In this document: piece by piece, positions 15,309 to 27,992 of the stretch
How positions within the stretch are numbered: position 1 is the first letter of the stretch
Layout: each line of letters starts with the position of its first letter
NCBI GenBank assembly: GCA_021613535.1
Contig: CP075496.1
Location: 10,478,001-10,542,000 of the forward strand
DNA: 64,000 nucleotides
Reading direction: 5' to 3'
From: Adineta vaga
Taxonomy: Eukaryota > Animalia > Rotifera
Notes under the pieces: model-generated
Seen by the model: the letters and a program-made list of their open reading frames with translations, nothing else
Database searches by the model: none
Told to the model about the DNA's origin: nothing
Program-made: the position numbers and the translations under genes

Positions 15309-17016
15309 TTAATTAATAGGAGCAATTTTTAGCATCATGACTGCATGTGAATCAATCTTTGATGATGTATAATTTCCTGTAAATACTCCAATATCTTTTC
15401 GAGCCCATAAATCTCGAACAAATGCTGCTTATTCTTTAGAAAATCCGATATCTGTCCATTGAACAGTAATTTGTTCACTACGGCTATCACCACGATTTAG
15501 TAAAACAATTGCTTGTAATTTATCAGAAAGTGGAGTAGCCCAGATTTCAAGTTCTTGTTCAACAAATAAATATTCACCATTATGTTTACTTCTTACAGTA
15601 CCATCTGTTGTGTTCCATATCCATATTTGATTATCTTGTTTATTACATGTAAATGCAACAACACTCAGACCATCGAAATTATAGGTTTTCATCTTGAAAA
15701 TTGTAAATCCATTGACGACGTTTGAGTTCTTTAGTGAATATTGATGACGAACAGTTACCAATAACAACTCCATTAAATGCATTTGGTGATGATGAAGATG
15801 CTACAGCAACTTTTCTTCCTCGAATCCCTAATGGATCTTGATTAACTGCAATTACTTCTGGATTAGTAAGCGTTCCCAAAGTAGCTACACTCATTTTCGT
15901 TATATCACATCCAATAATTAATGGTGCTTTTCTAATACACGAAAGTGAAAAACGAGTTATATATTCAGTATCAGTCATCCCACCATTTCCAACTTCAAGC
16001 ACTTGAGAATTACCATTGAAAATAGTTTAGAAATGATCGATTGAGAACTTACTATCAGGATCATTCCATCCACCAGGTCCAGCTCGTTGAGCATCGTCAG
16101 TATTCTATGAATAGAAAAAGAAGAAACAAAATTAGCTAATCGAAGAATATATCATCGACTTTTACTAGATTAATATTTCTAATCATTGAATTCCAATTAT
16201 CTTGAATATCATCGGTTGTTCGCCAACTATTTCCAACATTTGGTCCCCAAAGATCGTGTGCATTTACATCACCTTAGAAAAAAACAATTTATCTTGCACA
16301 CCTTATTACAACATATTCATACCACATAAAGAAAAGAAGATTGATCTACCAGTAGCATTCAATGCATCTCGCATAATGGAATATTGAATTTCAGGAGCTG
16401 TTCCATTCGTATAACAACTATCTAGTTTTAAGTAATCTACATCCCAACTAGCATACGTATTCGTATCTTTTGTTTTATAACCCAATGAACCAGGTCGCCC
16501 ACCACAAGTTTGATATCTTCGATCTGATAAACGGAAAAGAATAGTATGATTAGAAGAAAAATAAGAATGAAATAAAACTAATATACCTGAATAAAGACCA
16601 AATTTAAGTTTTCTCGAATGAACATTGGAATGCCATTCGGAAAAGTATTTGGATCAGGTTGAATAGTGCCTTGCGCATCACGACTCATAGTCATCTAGAT
16701 TCACTATTGATTCAAAGATGAGAGCAAATCAATAGTTTTTTCAAGTAATAAATATAAATCGTATCATACTGATATCCAGCTGCTGCAGGAACTGTAGCTA
16801 CAAGCGTATCTGCCGTTTGTCGAACAATTGTTTCATTAATAGTACAATGAAAATAATTCCAACTATTCCATCCTGAAAATAAAAACAAAAATTTTCAAAC
16901 TTCATAAAATCTATTGATTCTAGACTACCCATTTGAGCTGTTCATCCAAGTCCATTATTCAATTGATGTGAATATCCAATATAGAATAATAAGTAGACAT
17001 AGATAGAAATGATCAT
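15309..17016 (-). pseudogene. GH27 alpha-galactosidase pseudogene with a ricin-B-like insert
   Basis: Recognisable [56 protein letters not shown]. Lesions: TGA at 16942-16944, TAA at 15429-15431, a frameshift near 15680, and deletions near VNLDD and NGIP. Confidence 0.85.
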
Positions 17017-17463
17017 TCTTTTGATATTACTATCAGAGATGAACAACAAAGACTTTGACAAAGTAAAATAACATCATTCTTTTATCTTTTATTATTTTGA
17101 TAAGAGATAGGTTATGCTCTTACTATACTTAGATTATTATCTCAATGTCGAATGTGAAGATACATGTTTGTCTAAAGAACGAATGATTATATATGCAGTT
17201 TAAAACTGAAAAAAAAACGAATTTCTATGATAATCGTCTGAATTATAATTTGTGGTTATTTTCGTACGTTTTGATGTATGAAAATAAAAATAACAATAAA
17301 CATTGAGATAAGTACGTGTAGATGTCGATGCAGTGATGCATACAATAACAGATGACTGTATATAAAAAAAGCAAAGAAAAATTATGTTTATAAGTATTTT
17401 ATACGAAGAGCAAACAGTATATTTTCATATATTTATTGATCAATCTAATTTATATTGGTAATT

Positions 17464-18063
17464 ATGGCTGGTGAATCTGGACATCCACATCGTCTCAAAG
17501 GTCTTTTATCAATAACAGTATTGAAAGCAAAAGGTTTAAAGAAAGCAGATTTAATTGGTAACAATGATAATTATGTGGTTCTTTCACTAGAACCTCTTGC
17601 AAATACACCTGAGGATAAATGTATCCAAACTGAAACATATCAAAAGACGCAAATTCATGATGGTTTAAATCCAATTTTTAATGAGAAATTTATTTTTCCA
17701 GTAGCTCACAGATTAGAAGCACTATACATTCAAATATGGGATTCGGATAATCGTAAAGATGATCTGGTAGCGCAAGGTACTTTGAGTTTGATTGATGATG
17801 AACAAGGTGGTCGACTAGATACAAATTTAAACAAGGAATGGCTTCATATTGTAGAAATTGGATTAACTGATAAAAAAGGAAGATCAGGCGGTTCGATTGA
17901 ATTTGTACTTCATTTTATTCCAGAAACCGTAGCTGATTATATGGGCAAGAAATTCGATGCTACTCAAGCTGAAATAAAGAAAAAATTAACACAAAGAATA
18001 GTCGGAAAAGTGACGGATGTTGCTTCGGACAAAATTCGCGCGTATGTTGGACTTAATGTTTAA
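17464..18063 (+). CDS. Intronless single C2-domain protein (~199 aa)
   Basis: LSITVLKAKGLKKADLIGNNDNYVV...NPIFNEKFIF...IQIWDSDNRKDD matches C2 with Ca2+-ligand aspartates; helical C-terminal tail. Confidence 0.85.
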   Translation: MAGESGHPHRLKGLLSITVLKAKGLKKADLIGNNDNYVVLSLEPLANTPEDKCIQTETYQKTQIHDGLNPIFNEKFIFPVAHRLEALYIQIWDSDNRKDDLVAQGTLSLIDDEQGGRLDTNLNKEWLHIVEIGLTDKKGRSGGSIEFVLHFIPETVADYMGKKFDATQAEIKKKLTQRIVGKVTDVASDKIRAYVGLNV

Positions 18064-18529
18064 AATTGAGAAAAAATTAACTTGACAATTCATTTGAATT
18101 CTAAATTTTCCTTAATCGCAATATACAGCACACACCTTTATTACGAAATAAATATATGTCTAAAAATTCTTTGAAACCAAGCAAAATACGATTGCGTGCA
18201 CTTCGTTCTTGAAAATTTATGTTACTTTATTTGATTATACTTTTTTTATTCTGTAGAAATCATACATATTTGATCTTGATCAAGTAGATGTCGCAAGATA
18301 TCGAATAGTTCTTTTATCGACAATTCTGAATTGTCCATTTTTTATTTTATAACTTCCATCCATGTTTATGATTATTACTGATTTTTTTTTCTCCTCTGTG
18401 CGTATCACCTTTAACCTTTCTTCGTGCAACTCGTGCATTAGAGTGATCACAAGATAAAAAACTTTGTATCGATTATTTAGAACTACTTTTTATTACGCAT
18501 TATTCTATTGCTTTTAGTCCGATCTAAAA

Positions 18530-20311
18530 ATGACGGATTATACAACAACAATCGAAATGCAAGATCGTTTATTAGAACGACCTTTAATCGAAACTTCATA
18601 CGCAACTGCAAAGGTAAAAGTTCTTCATCATTATTAAATGATTCATTAATTCAATTTTCTTCTCTTTTTTTTACAGTCAACTCCTATTTCAACACGATTT
18701 GGTTATGTTCTGGTTACACAACAAGGTCCACCTGATCGGACAGTAATTGTTACCTACCATGATGTAGGATATAATGGTATGTTTAATCGATTAGAAATTG
18801 ATAAGAAAACGATATCATTTATTTATTTATTTCGATCTAGGTGCAACGCAATTTCATCATTTTTTTACATCTCCTGAAATGGCCGCCATAGCAGAACATT
18901 TTACTATATATCATATTAATGCACCAGGTCAAGAAGATCGAGCTAATCCATTACCTGCAACGTAAAGAAACATTTTCAGAGATATTTCTGATGTAATGAT
19001 TTGTCTTTCTAAAATTTAGAACTGTTTATCCAACAATGGAAGAATTAGCTGAAACAGTGAATGATGTATTCAGTCATTTAGAGTATAATAACTTGTTTTT
19101 TTCTTCTTCTTTGAAACGATGAAAACTAAGATGGGAATTCTTTTAGGATAAAAACAGCAATTGGATTTGGTGTGGGTGTCGGCGCTAATATTTTAACTCG
19201 TTTTGCAGTTTGTATTCAATTTACAGTTGAATATCGATTTCATTCAGTTTTATTTTTAGTTAAAATATTCTTCAAAAATCTATGGTCTTATTTTGATTAA
19301 TTGTGTTTCACGTGGAATCGGATGGTTCGAAGGTTTTACTCTTAAAGTATATATTCTTTCTTGAAATAAACTTATTTTATAAGAAATATTAATCGTTCTA
19401 GTGGCCAACGAAAGATATGCCTCAACAAACATGGACTGATCCATTACTAACCTATTTAATTTGGTATCATTTGGGATTTGTAAGTTGAATTGAGAGTTTT
19501 CTGTTTTGTTTTTATAAAATTATGAATGATAGGAAACACAAGGAACACATCAGGATTTGGTTCAAGCACTTCGACGTCATTTAGAAGAGAATGTCAATGC
19601 AAAAAATGTGATTAAACTTTTAAATTCATTTTTAAAGTAAATAATAAGCCAAGACAAACGCTTGATTTTTTCAATATTTTCTCTGTGTTTCATTTTAGAC
19701 GTACACCTATCGAAATGGAACGACCAAATGAATCGAATAAAAATGCCAATTCGCCTAAAGTTCTTAAGTATGAAAATATAGTTCCTTATTTAAGAATAGT
19801 TAAAAAATGCAAATTTTAACATATAGATGCACAGTATTGAATATAACTGGATTTTCATCACCACATAAAGATGATGTTATTGATACAAATGATCGATGTG
19901 ATCCAAAAAAATCATCGTATGTTGAATTTGCTGATTGTGGTGGTGCTATTCTCGAAGAACAACCAGCTAAAACAGCAGAAGCTATTCGTCTCTTTCTTCA
20001 AGGTCTTGGTCATAGTAAGTCATTGAATATTTAATAGTGTCTAAGAAAAGTCAATTATTTATTTAGTTTCTTATATGAGTATTCCAAAATTTTCGGTAGC
20101 AAATCGTTTAACTGAACAAATATTAGAATCGAAACGTCGAAGTAGTGCTGGAGCACATATGGCTCGCCGTGAAAGTGTTCCATTTGATTCTGTCGATTCG
20201 GGATTATATCGTCGTGATTCTCGTGAAGACGCGAATATTCCAAATGATTACTATGATGATGAACTTCAACTTCGTGTTGATTCATTCGATGATCGAAATA
20301 TTAAATTATAA
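18530..20311 (+). CDS. NDRG family alpha/beta-hydrolase-fold protein, many short exons
   Basis: TYHDVGYN, YHINAPGQE, YPTMEELAE, GFGVGVGANILTRFA, ADCGGAILEEQPAKTAEAIRLFLQGLG. Confidence 0.9.
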
Positions 20312-20832
20312 ACAAGAATAACAGTAGTTTGAACACTTTTGTTTTCTAAATCTGATTTGTTTTTTATCTATCTGCAATAGTGATCTTCATTGTGTAGTCT
20401 GTTTTAAAAGAGAAAAAGAAAATGATTGTTCGCATAATAATTTTCATGTGTATGTATGTGCGTGTTTTCAACGATATCTCTATGTAAAAAAAGAAATGCA
20501 ATCAAAAGATACGTTCGTCTCGAAATTTAATGCAACAAATATATGTTAGTTTTTAGATTTAAAGAGATAAAAACCATAATAAAGTCAAATGTTTTCGTAG
20601 TAATGAACATCTTCTTCAATTAAATGATATAGATATGCACATATTTCGATAGAATTAGTCAATGAAATGTTTCGTTTACTATCATAGTCTCAATATCACG
20701 AATGAATTTATATGTTAACATTAAGTAAAACACATGTCATTTAGTTGATTAAACTAAACGAAAAAAAAAATTCTACATTTAATCTACCAAATTAAGATAC
20801 TTCAGAAGATTTGTTTTTCGTGATAAATCCAT

Positions 20833-22638
20833 TTATAATGATGTACTTTCAGTCAACATTTGATTTGAACTGGCTAGTGGCAATGGTTGTATAGTTAAAT
20901 TTTGTATTACTTCTACTGTTTGAAGAATTTGTTCATCAGTTCGTTTAATCGCTTCGATCTCTAATCCTTGAATTATATCAAATGAATCACGTGGTTGATT
21001 CGAATTTTCATTGATACTTTCACATCGTTCTATATTCATATTATCTGGAAGAGTGTCACATATATGAGGTGAAGCAAGTAATTCATCTAATGTTTGTTTG
21101 GAATCAATAAAAACTTTGTCGAATAAAAATCGAAGAATACGTTTTTCATATTCATCAGGATGAATTACACTAAAACAAAAGTAAATATAAATACTTATCA
21201 AAAAAGATCAATCAAATTCACCTATATTCTGCACCACGTTTTGGATCACGAATATTTTGTATGGCATGTTGCATTCGTTTAAAATTATCAAATGTTTGTA
21301 AACAATCGATAAAAGCTGGATAGAGAAGTACACGATGACCATCATGAGTAACACCAGGAATACCTATTAGATGAATTACAATGATTTAATTTTCGAAGAT
21401 TTGTAAAGAGAAAAACAAACAATGTGTGATAATAATTGTAACTAACCTAATAATGAATTTGCCATTTTATCATCACTAAAAGTATCATCTTGTGAACATG
21501 CGATTAAACGTAAAGGTTTCATGATAAATTTATTAATAAATTTTGTATTTGAAATACTATCAGTTTCAGTTTTCTCTTCGGATTTATTTGATTCAAGTGC
21601 TGTTCGATCAATATTTATTGCAGCAAGAAAAGAACTAATGCCTAATTGTGGCGTGAGTTTTAATTTTGCACAACCATCACCATTCTCTTTTTCATGATAA
21701 TAATCATCCAAGTGATGCACACCTAACATTAAGCTAAAATCTGTAATCATCATTTTTCGTAATTCAAATATATCATTTTCTAAAGTTAATTTTAATCGTC
21801 GATAGACTTCTTGTGAAAGACGAATACCATATGGATAAAATGATTCAAAATCAAGATCTTTCAATGCTTTTAAACGCCTTAATGGAAGATCAATACTTGA
21901 ATAACGACCAATACTCGATCCTTTTAAATCATATACTTCATGAATATCAAGAATTGATGGTAAATTATTTAACATAACTACACAGTAGATTTCGGAAGAA
22001 AATATTGAACGAATATTTACCGAATATAAACCAACATATCGTGTCATTAATGAAGATGTATGAGAATATCGTAAATAAAGTCCTGATAAAGTTTGAAGTA
22101 AAAGTTTAGCTTCATGATCACGTAATGTTTTTATAACATAAACCTAAATTGATCATAAAAACAACTCATATTTCTCAAATCATTTTCTTACATCATCTTG
22201 TGTTTTATACATTTGTGAACCTGATCGTCCTGTATTAGCAAAATTAATTAATTCATTTTGATTAAATGATGATTGAAAATCATTTCGTGTAATACCAACA
22301 ATTGTTCGTAAATATTCAAATGCAATTGGTGCAAATGTCGTAATTTCCATGGGTGTAGTTGTTTCACCAGTTTTATGATCTGGTGGACATGAAACTTGAT
22401 ATTTGTGTGTACGTGTTGAACGAAATTCATTGCCAAGTATACAGGAAAATCGATCTGTTGTATTCAATGTTTCAGCAAAATGAATTATTGATTGACGAAG
22501 TGCAGTACCGATTAATTCAGAATTATTTGCGAAAAATGTATTTTGAATAGGACTTTTAATGTAAGATAAAACACTTGTTTCAGACGCATTCCAAGCGTCT
22601 AAATTGAGAAGATTAACTGTATCTGTTATTTCATTCAT
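20833..22638 (-). CDS. Divergent phosphatidylinositol-phosphate kinase (PIP5K/PIPK family), ~4 exons
   Basis: FAPIAFEYLR, NTGRSGSQMYKT, VIKTL, VYDLKGSS, LKDLDF, ITDFSLMLG, FIDCLQTF, SVIHPDEYEKR. Confidence 0.85.
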
Positions 22639-24015
22639 TTTAAGTATCTAAAAGTAAGTTTTGTCAAGTTGAAGAAATAAACGAAATGAAGACAAGAAAG
22701 AAAAGGATTAGTTGAAGGATTATACGTGACGACGAAAGAACAAACATATCTATGAAGTATACACATGATTATTTGTCATCAATTTTGTAGGTCTATAAAT
22801 AAGAAGATAAATAGTAGACCGGCAAGTTATTCTATGTGATAATATAGAGAAACTAAAGTAAGCTTTAGAATAAAGATATTAAATGATGTTTGTACGATAA
22901 TAACAAATCAACAAGTACGAGAGAAAACAGTTCGACGATATTAAGACATACTTTTGAAAGAATGTGCAATGTAATGATATAGTTACATGAGTTTATGACA
23001 CAATAATTCAATTTTATAATTTCGATAACTTCTTTGAAAATTTATCTTGATAAAGCTGTGAATGATTCCTCGATTAAAAAAAAATACAATCGATGATGAA
23101 AGCGTCGAATGAAAACGACATTGTATTCTCGATTCGAATTATATAAGATAAGAAGAATAGAATATAATAGATATCAGTTTTGTAGAATAGTCCATGATGG
23201 CTATCGTGACAGTACTATTCTTTTCACGACATCTATCATTTCATAGTCATATATGCTATTCGTTTAGATTTTTACTTTTAATACCGATGAAAAAAAAAAG
23301 GAAATAGTAATAGAATACTACATGACAAATGAATGAATCATTCAATACTTTTACAGAACAAAACTGAACTGTTGTTTTCTCTCACTCTTCTACTTTTAAA
23401 AATGATTCATTTCATAGAGTATGTATATTCTTCTAACGATATAGTTCTAAAAAGATAGTTCAATATCCACATTACGGACTTGCTTATTTCAATGATCTTT
23501 AACCGCTCTGTTATTCGCTATTCTTTCATTTCGATGACGGTATATATTACATTCATCGATTCTTTTTTTTTCTCTTTCCTCAGAGTTTTGCCAATGGTTG
23601 AGAGTCATATAAATTCATTCTATGTATTAATTTATTTTTCTTTGATATCATCGACCTTTTCTCTCTTCATCCTATTTCTTCGCGTGAAAGAAACTGTTAA
23701 AAACAACTAGTTTAACTTGTAAATATTAACTTAATATAGACATCGGAGATTAATCATCTTACCTTCAATCATTAGGAAAGTGAACTTTGTCGTTGTATTT
23801 TTCACATGAAAACATACATAGTCAATGAGAAGAAGAAAAACAACCAACTAACTGAAGGAAGGCAAGATATTATTATTTGTTAAATATCAAAGAACTAAAA
23901 GCTTGCCGAGTGGTAGTTAAGGTAGTAATATATTCCTTTTTGACGAAAAAACACATATGTTACTTAACTGATTGTATTTCATATCATTTGCATTTCTTTT
24001 TAGATAATAAAAAAC

Positions 24016-27000
24016 ATGCTAGACGAATTACCAAGTTATGAATATTACAGTGAGTCATACGAGAAAATTCTTTAATGAAAATGAATTGTTTTGAGATTAA
24101 AGAATATAATCTTCTTTTCGTATTGATCATACTATTTTTTGTTTTATTTTTTAGTTCCATCTGAATGCTATATAACAGCATTCGAAGATTCAGTTTCAAA
24201 GACTCTCACATCAAATGTCTGTTCTTCGATCGATATTCTTCTACCCAATGGTCTTGTTGTTTGTCTTAAACGTGATAAATTCAACACCTTAGCAGATCTT
24301 CGTCAAGAATTACGTAAACGTTATGGAATAACATGGCCATTTCATTTTCTTTCAATTACTCATACATTTACCAATGAAACAGGTGATATACTCTTAGATG
24401 AACAACAATCACTCGATATATTAGGTCTTGTCTATCCATTTGTTCGTGTGAGTGACAAAGGTGAATTACCTACACCCTTGTGTAAATGGTTATCATCAGT
24501 TGATCAATCTGATATGGAATCTCTTATACAATTTACTGAACAACTTGTCGAATGGCGTGATTCAACAATGCCACAAGAAATTCTTCATGCTCCTCCATCA
24601 ATATCTCATACGATTCTTTCCAATATCGATTCATTTCTTGTTTATATTGAACGACGAAAAAAGTCTTATACATGTGTACCAACAACCACTTGTCAACAAT
24701 TGATTGAGAATATTCTTGTTGATGAAAATAAATCTTCATTTGATTATTCGAATGCATCAACTCAACCAATCTTAAAATTTTCCTATCGAAATGAATTTTT
24801 ATTCACAACAGAATCATATCCACTTCTTCAATATACTTATATTCAAGAATGTTTACAGAAAAATATTCAAATTAATGTAGAACTAATATATATACAATTA
24901 CCGAAAAAAAGTAAAAAACATGGACAAATCAATCAACTTCATGAACCAACTATTTTTCGTTCACCTATACTACAACAGTCAATGATAAATTCCAATAAAG
25001 AAAATACTCATCATGAACAATTCTTATTACCTAATCAATCTCTTTCCACATTATTTAAATTTACTTGTCGACTTCGTCCATCACCGAATGCAAAACAAAC
25101 TATATTTCAATTTCATTCAGGAATTTATTATGGTCGTCGATGTTTATTTTCATTTGATCCAATTAATTGGAATAATACTTATACAGAAGAAATAACACAA
25201 AATACAACATTACCTCTTGCAAATTTTTTACCTGGAACAATACTTTGTATGGCTTTAACAAGTAAACAATCTGAAACATATTTTCTTAATATTAGTTTAT
25301 TTCGTTCGAATGGATTTATTTTAAATGGTTCACATGAATTTACATTTAATATAATTAAATCTCAACAACATATTGCAAATAGTAAACATGTTTATCCGGA
25401 TGGTTTTATGGGTTCATCAAATCATGAATCAACAACAAATACATATGAAATAAAACTTAAATTTGATTTTCAATCCTATCGATTCTATTCAAACGAAGAA
25501 ATAACTGAAAAACTACTTACAATTAATATACCAACACCAACAGTTGTAACAACAGCTAAACAAAATCATCAAGAATCAAGTAGTGATGTTGCAAATGGAG
25601 AAGCCCTTAACTATTTATTAGGTGTTCTCAATGAAGAAGTAAGATTGAGTTGAAAATGTATTCTTAAGATAAACACTTATGTTTCTTTCTAGACACAATA
25701 TATGGTTCGAGAACCATCTTGGCTTTCTGATTGTTCATTAGCACCAATTGATGCATTACCATGTGTTCTTCATTCAATTCTCGGAGAAATTCATCGTTCT
25801 ATACTTGCCAATGGTAATAATTTAAAAATAATCTATGAAAAACTTTTTTCAATCTATAAATTAATTGATTCATGGCCACCGATGTCCTTTGAAATGTGTT
25901 TTTTTCTTTTGGATGGTACATTACCTGATGCACATATACGTTCTTATGCTGTTTCTCAATTAGAACGTTTACCTAATCATTTATTTCTTTTCTATATTCC
26001 ACAAATTCTTCAAGCAGCATTACAATTTGAACATTATATTGATACATCCTTAATTCGTTTGATTCTCAAACGTGCTCTATGTCATCGTTCCATTGGTCAA
26101 CGATTATTTTGGACTTTAAAAGATATTTCAACACGAAACGGTCGAGTCATGTTTGAAATCTATAAAACATATTGTGGTTTAACAATTGCAAATGATTTAC
26201 AAACTCAAGTAACTTTAACATTGAAATTAAATACAATTAATCAACGAATAAGATCGAAGAATATTAAAGATGCATCTGGTATGCGTCAAGCATTAATTGA
26301 ACGTTTAAAAGAATCGGATAAAAATTCTTGGCGTTGTGTATCACTATTAGATACAGGTTGTTTTCTTGGAACATTATTGATTGAAGAATGTCAAGTTTAT
26401 GATTCATTTATGCGACCATTTAAATTGGTTTGGGAAAATGCTTTGAATCCAAAACATGAACGTTTTGAACTAATCTATAAAATTGGTGATGATTTACGAC
26501 AAGATGTATTAACTTTACAAGTATTTCGTTTATTCGATTCAATTTGGAAGAAAAATAGTATTGATCAAGCAAATGACGACTTAGTACAATTACAAAATCT
26601 TCATATGACATTTTATGATGTCATGTGTACAAGTGAAACAACAGGTTTCATTCGTATTGTACCAAATGCATATACTATTTTGAATATTTATCATCGATTT
26701 AATACAACAACAACAATAAAACGAAACGTTGTTTATGATTGGTTAGCTCAACAGAATAATACTTCACAAAAGTAAATTAAAGAAATGATTTCTTAATTCA
26801 AACTTTTGCCTTTTGATTAGAACTGTTATAGGTAAAACTCCGCGTCGTGCAACAACTGGAGGATCAAATGATTCAACAGAATCAACGGTACCGAATAATG
26901 TTCTTGGTAAATTTCGAAAGTCATGTGCAGCTTATTGCACAGCTGGTTTTATTATTGGACTAGGTAAAGCAATTTGAGAAATTTCAATCCTAAGTCTATG

Positions 27001-27501
27001 TTTTCTTTTTTTCTTTTGCTCGATTTAGGTGATCGTCATCCGTCAAATATCATGTTAACACCTGATGGTCGTTTATTTCATGTGGATTTTGGTCATATTT
27101 TAGGTGATTATGTGAAATTTGGAAATATATTTCCACGCGAAACAACAAGTATTGTACTTGTTGAACCATTTTTGTATGTTATTAATAATCGCACTTCAAA
27201 TGATACTGTCGAATATCGAGATTTTATACAAATTTGTTTACAAACTTTTCGTCTTTTACGTGAACATGCAACATCATTATTTGGTTTACTTTATTTAATC
27301 ATCTATGCACGTTTACCATTATTAAATAATGTAACACATCTCAATTATCTACGTCAATCATTATTTTTAACTGGAGAAAAACCGTATGAAAGTAAAAATG
27401 CTATTCAAGCATATAAACGTAAAATTGAATCAGCACAGAATGATACAAGAAGATTTTTAGACTGGATTGCACATGCTTTTGTTCATAAACCACAACGTTA
27501 A
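24016..27501 (+). CDS. Divergent class I-like PI3-kinase catalytic subunit, ~5 exons
   Basis: ABD-like IDILLPNGLV; helical-domain DAHIRSYAV/ALQFEHY/IGQRLFW; kinase motifs KIGDDLRQD, GLGDRHPSNIM, FHVDFGHILG; exon 1 (24016-24049) splices in frame to 24155. Confidence 0.85.
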
Positions 27502-27992
27502 AGATGTCAGATATTTGAAACAGAATCTACACATATTTTCATGTTCATTTCTATTTTTAATCCAATAATAATAAGCATATAATAAACAAAGAGCAATGTT
27601 TTGACTTAAATTTCCAAAAACAAAAGTATGTTAATATACTATATTCATACTGAACCAGTCAATCATCTAGTTTTATATTAAATCATGATTATTTGCATTC
27701 ATGCTGAGAAATCCTTTAGTTTATAAACGATATTGAAATTTATTTTAAATGTGTACAGATTTGTTTATTGATACAAATTAGCAAACAATGAAAACAGTTT
27801 TGTTTTTGTTATAATGCGAATTTGTCAGATCTAAAGAATTGTACGGTAATCTTTCAATTCACGCATACACACAGAAAGCTTATTTTATTAATGATCACAG
27901 TGCAAACAAAAGCAAAGTTAAAATATTGAACTGCATATAAAAATCTATTTACATGTTGCTTCAACTAGAATTGAATTCTTTTGAGTTTCTTT

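Noticed and set aside
16942-16944. In-frame TGA as selenocysteine or readthrough
   Set aside because: The gene has several other independent lesions, and the position corresponds to a non-catalytic Arg-type site.
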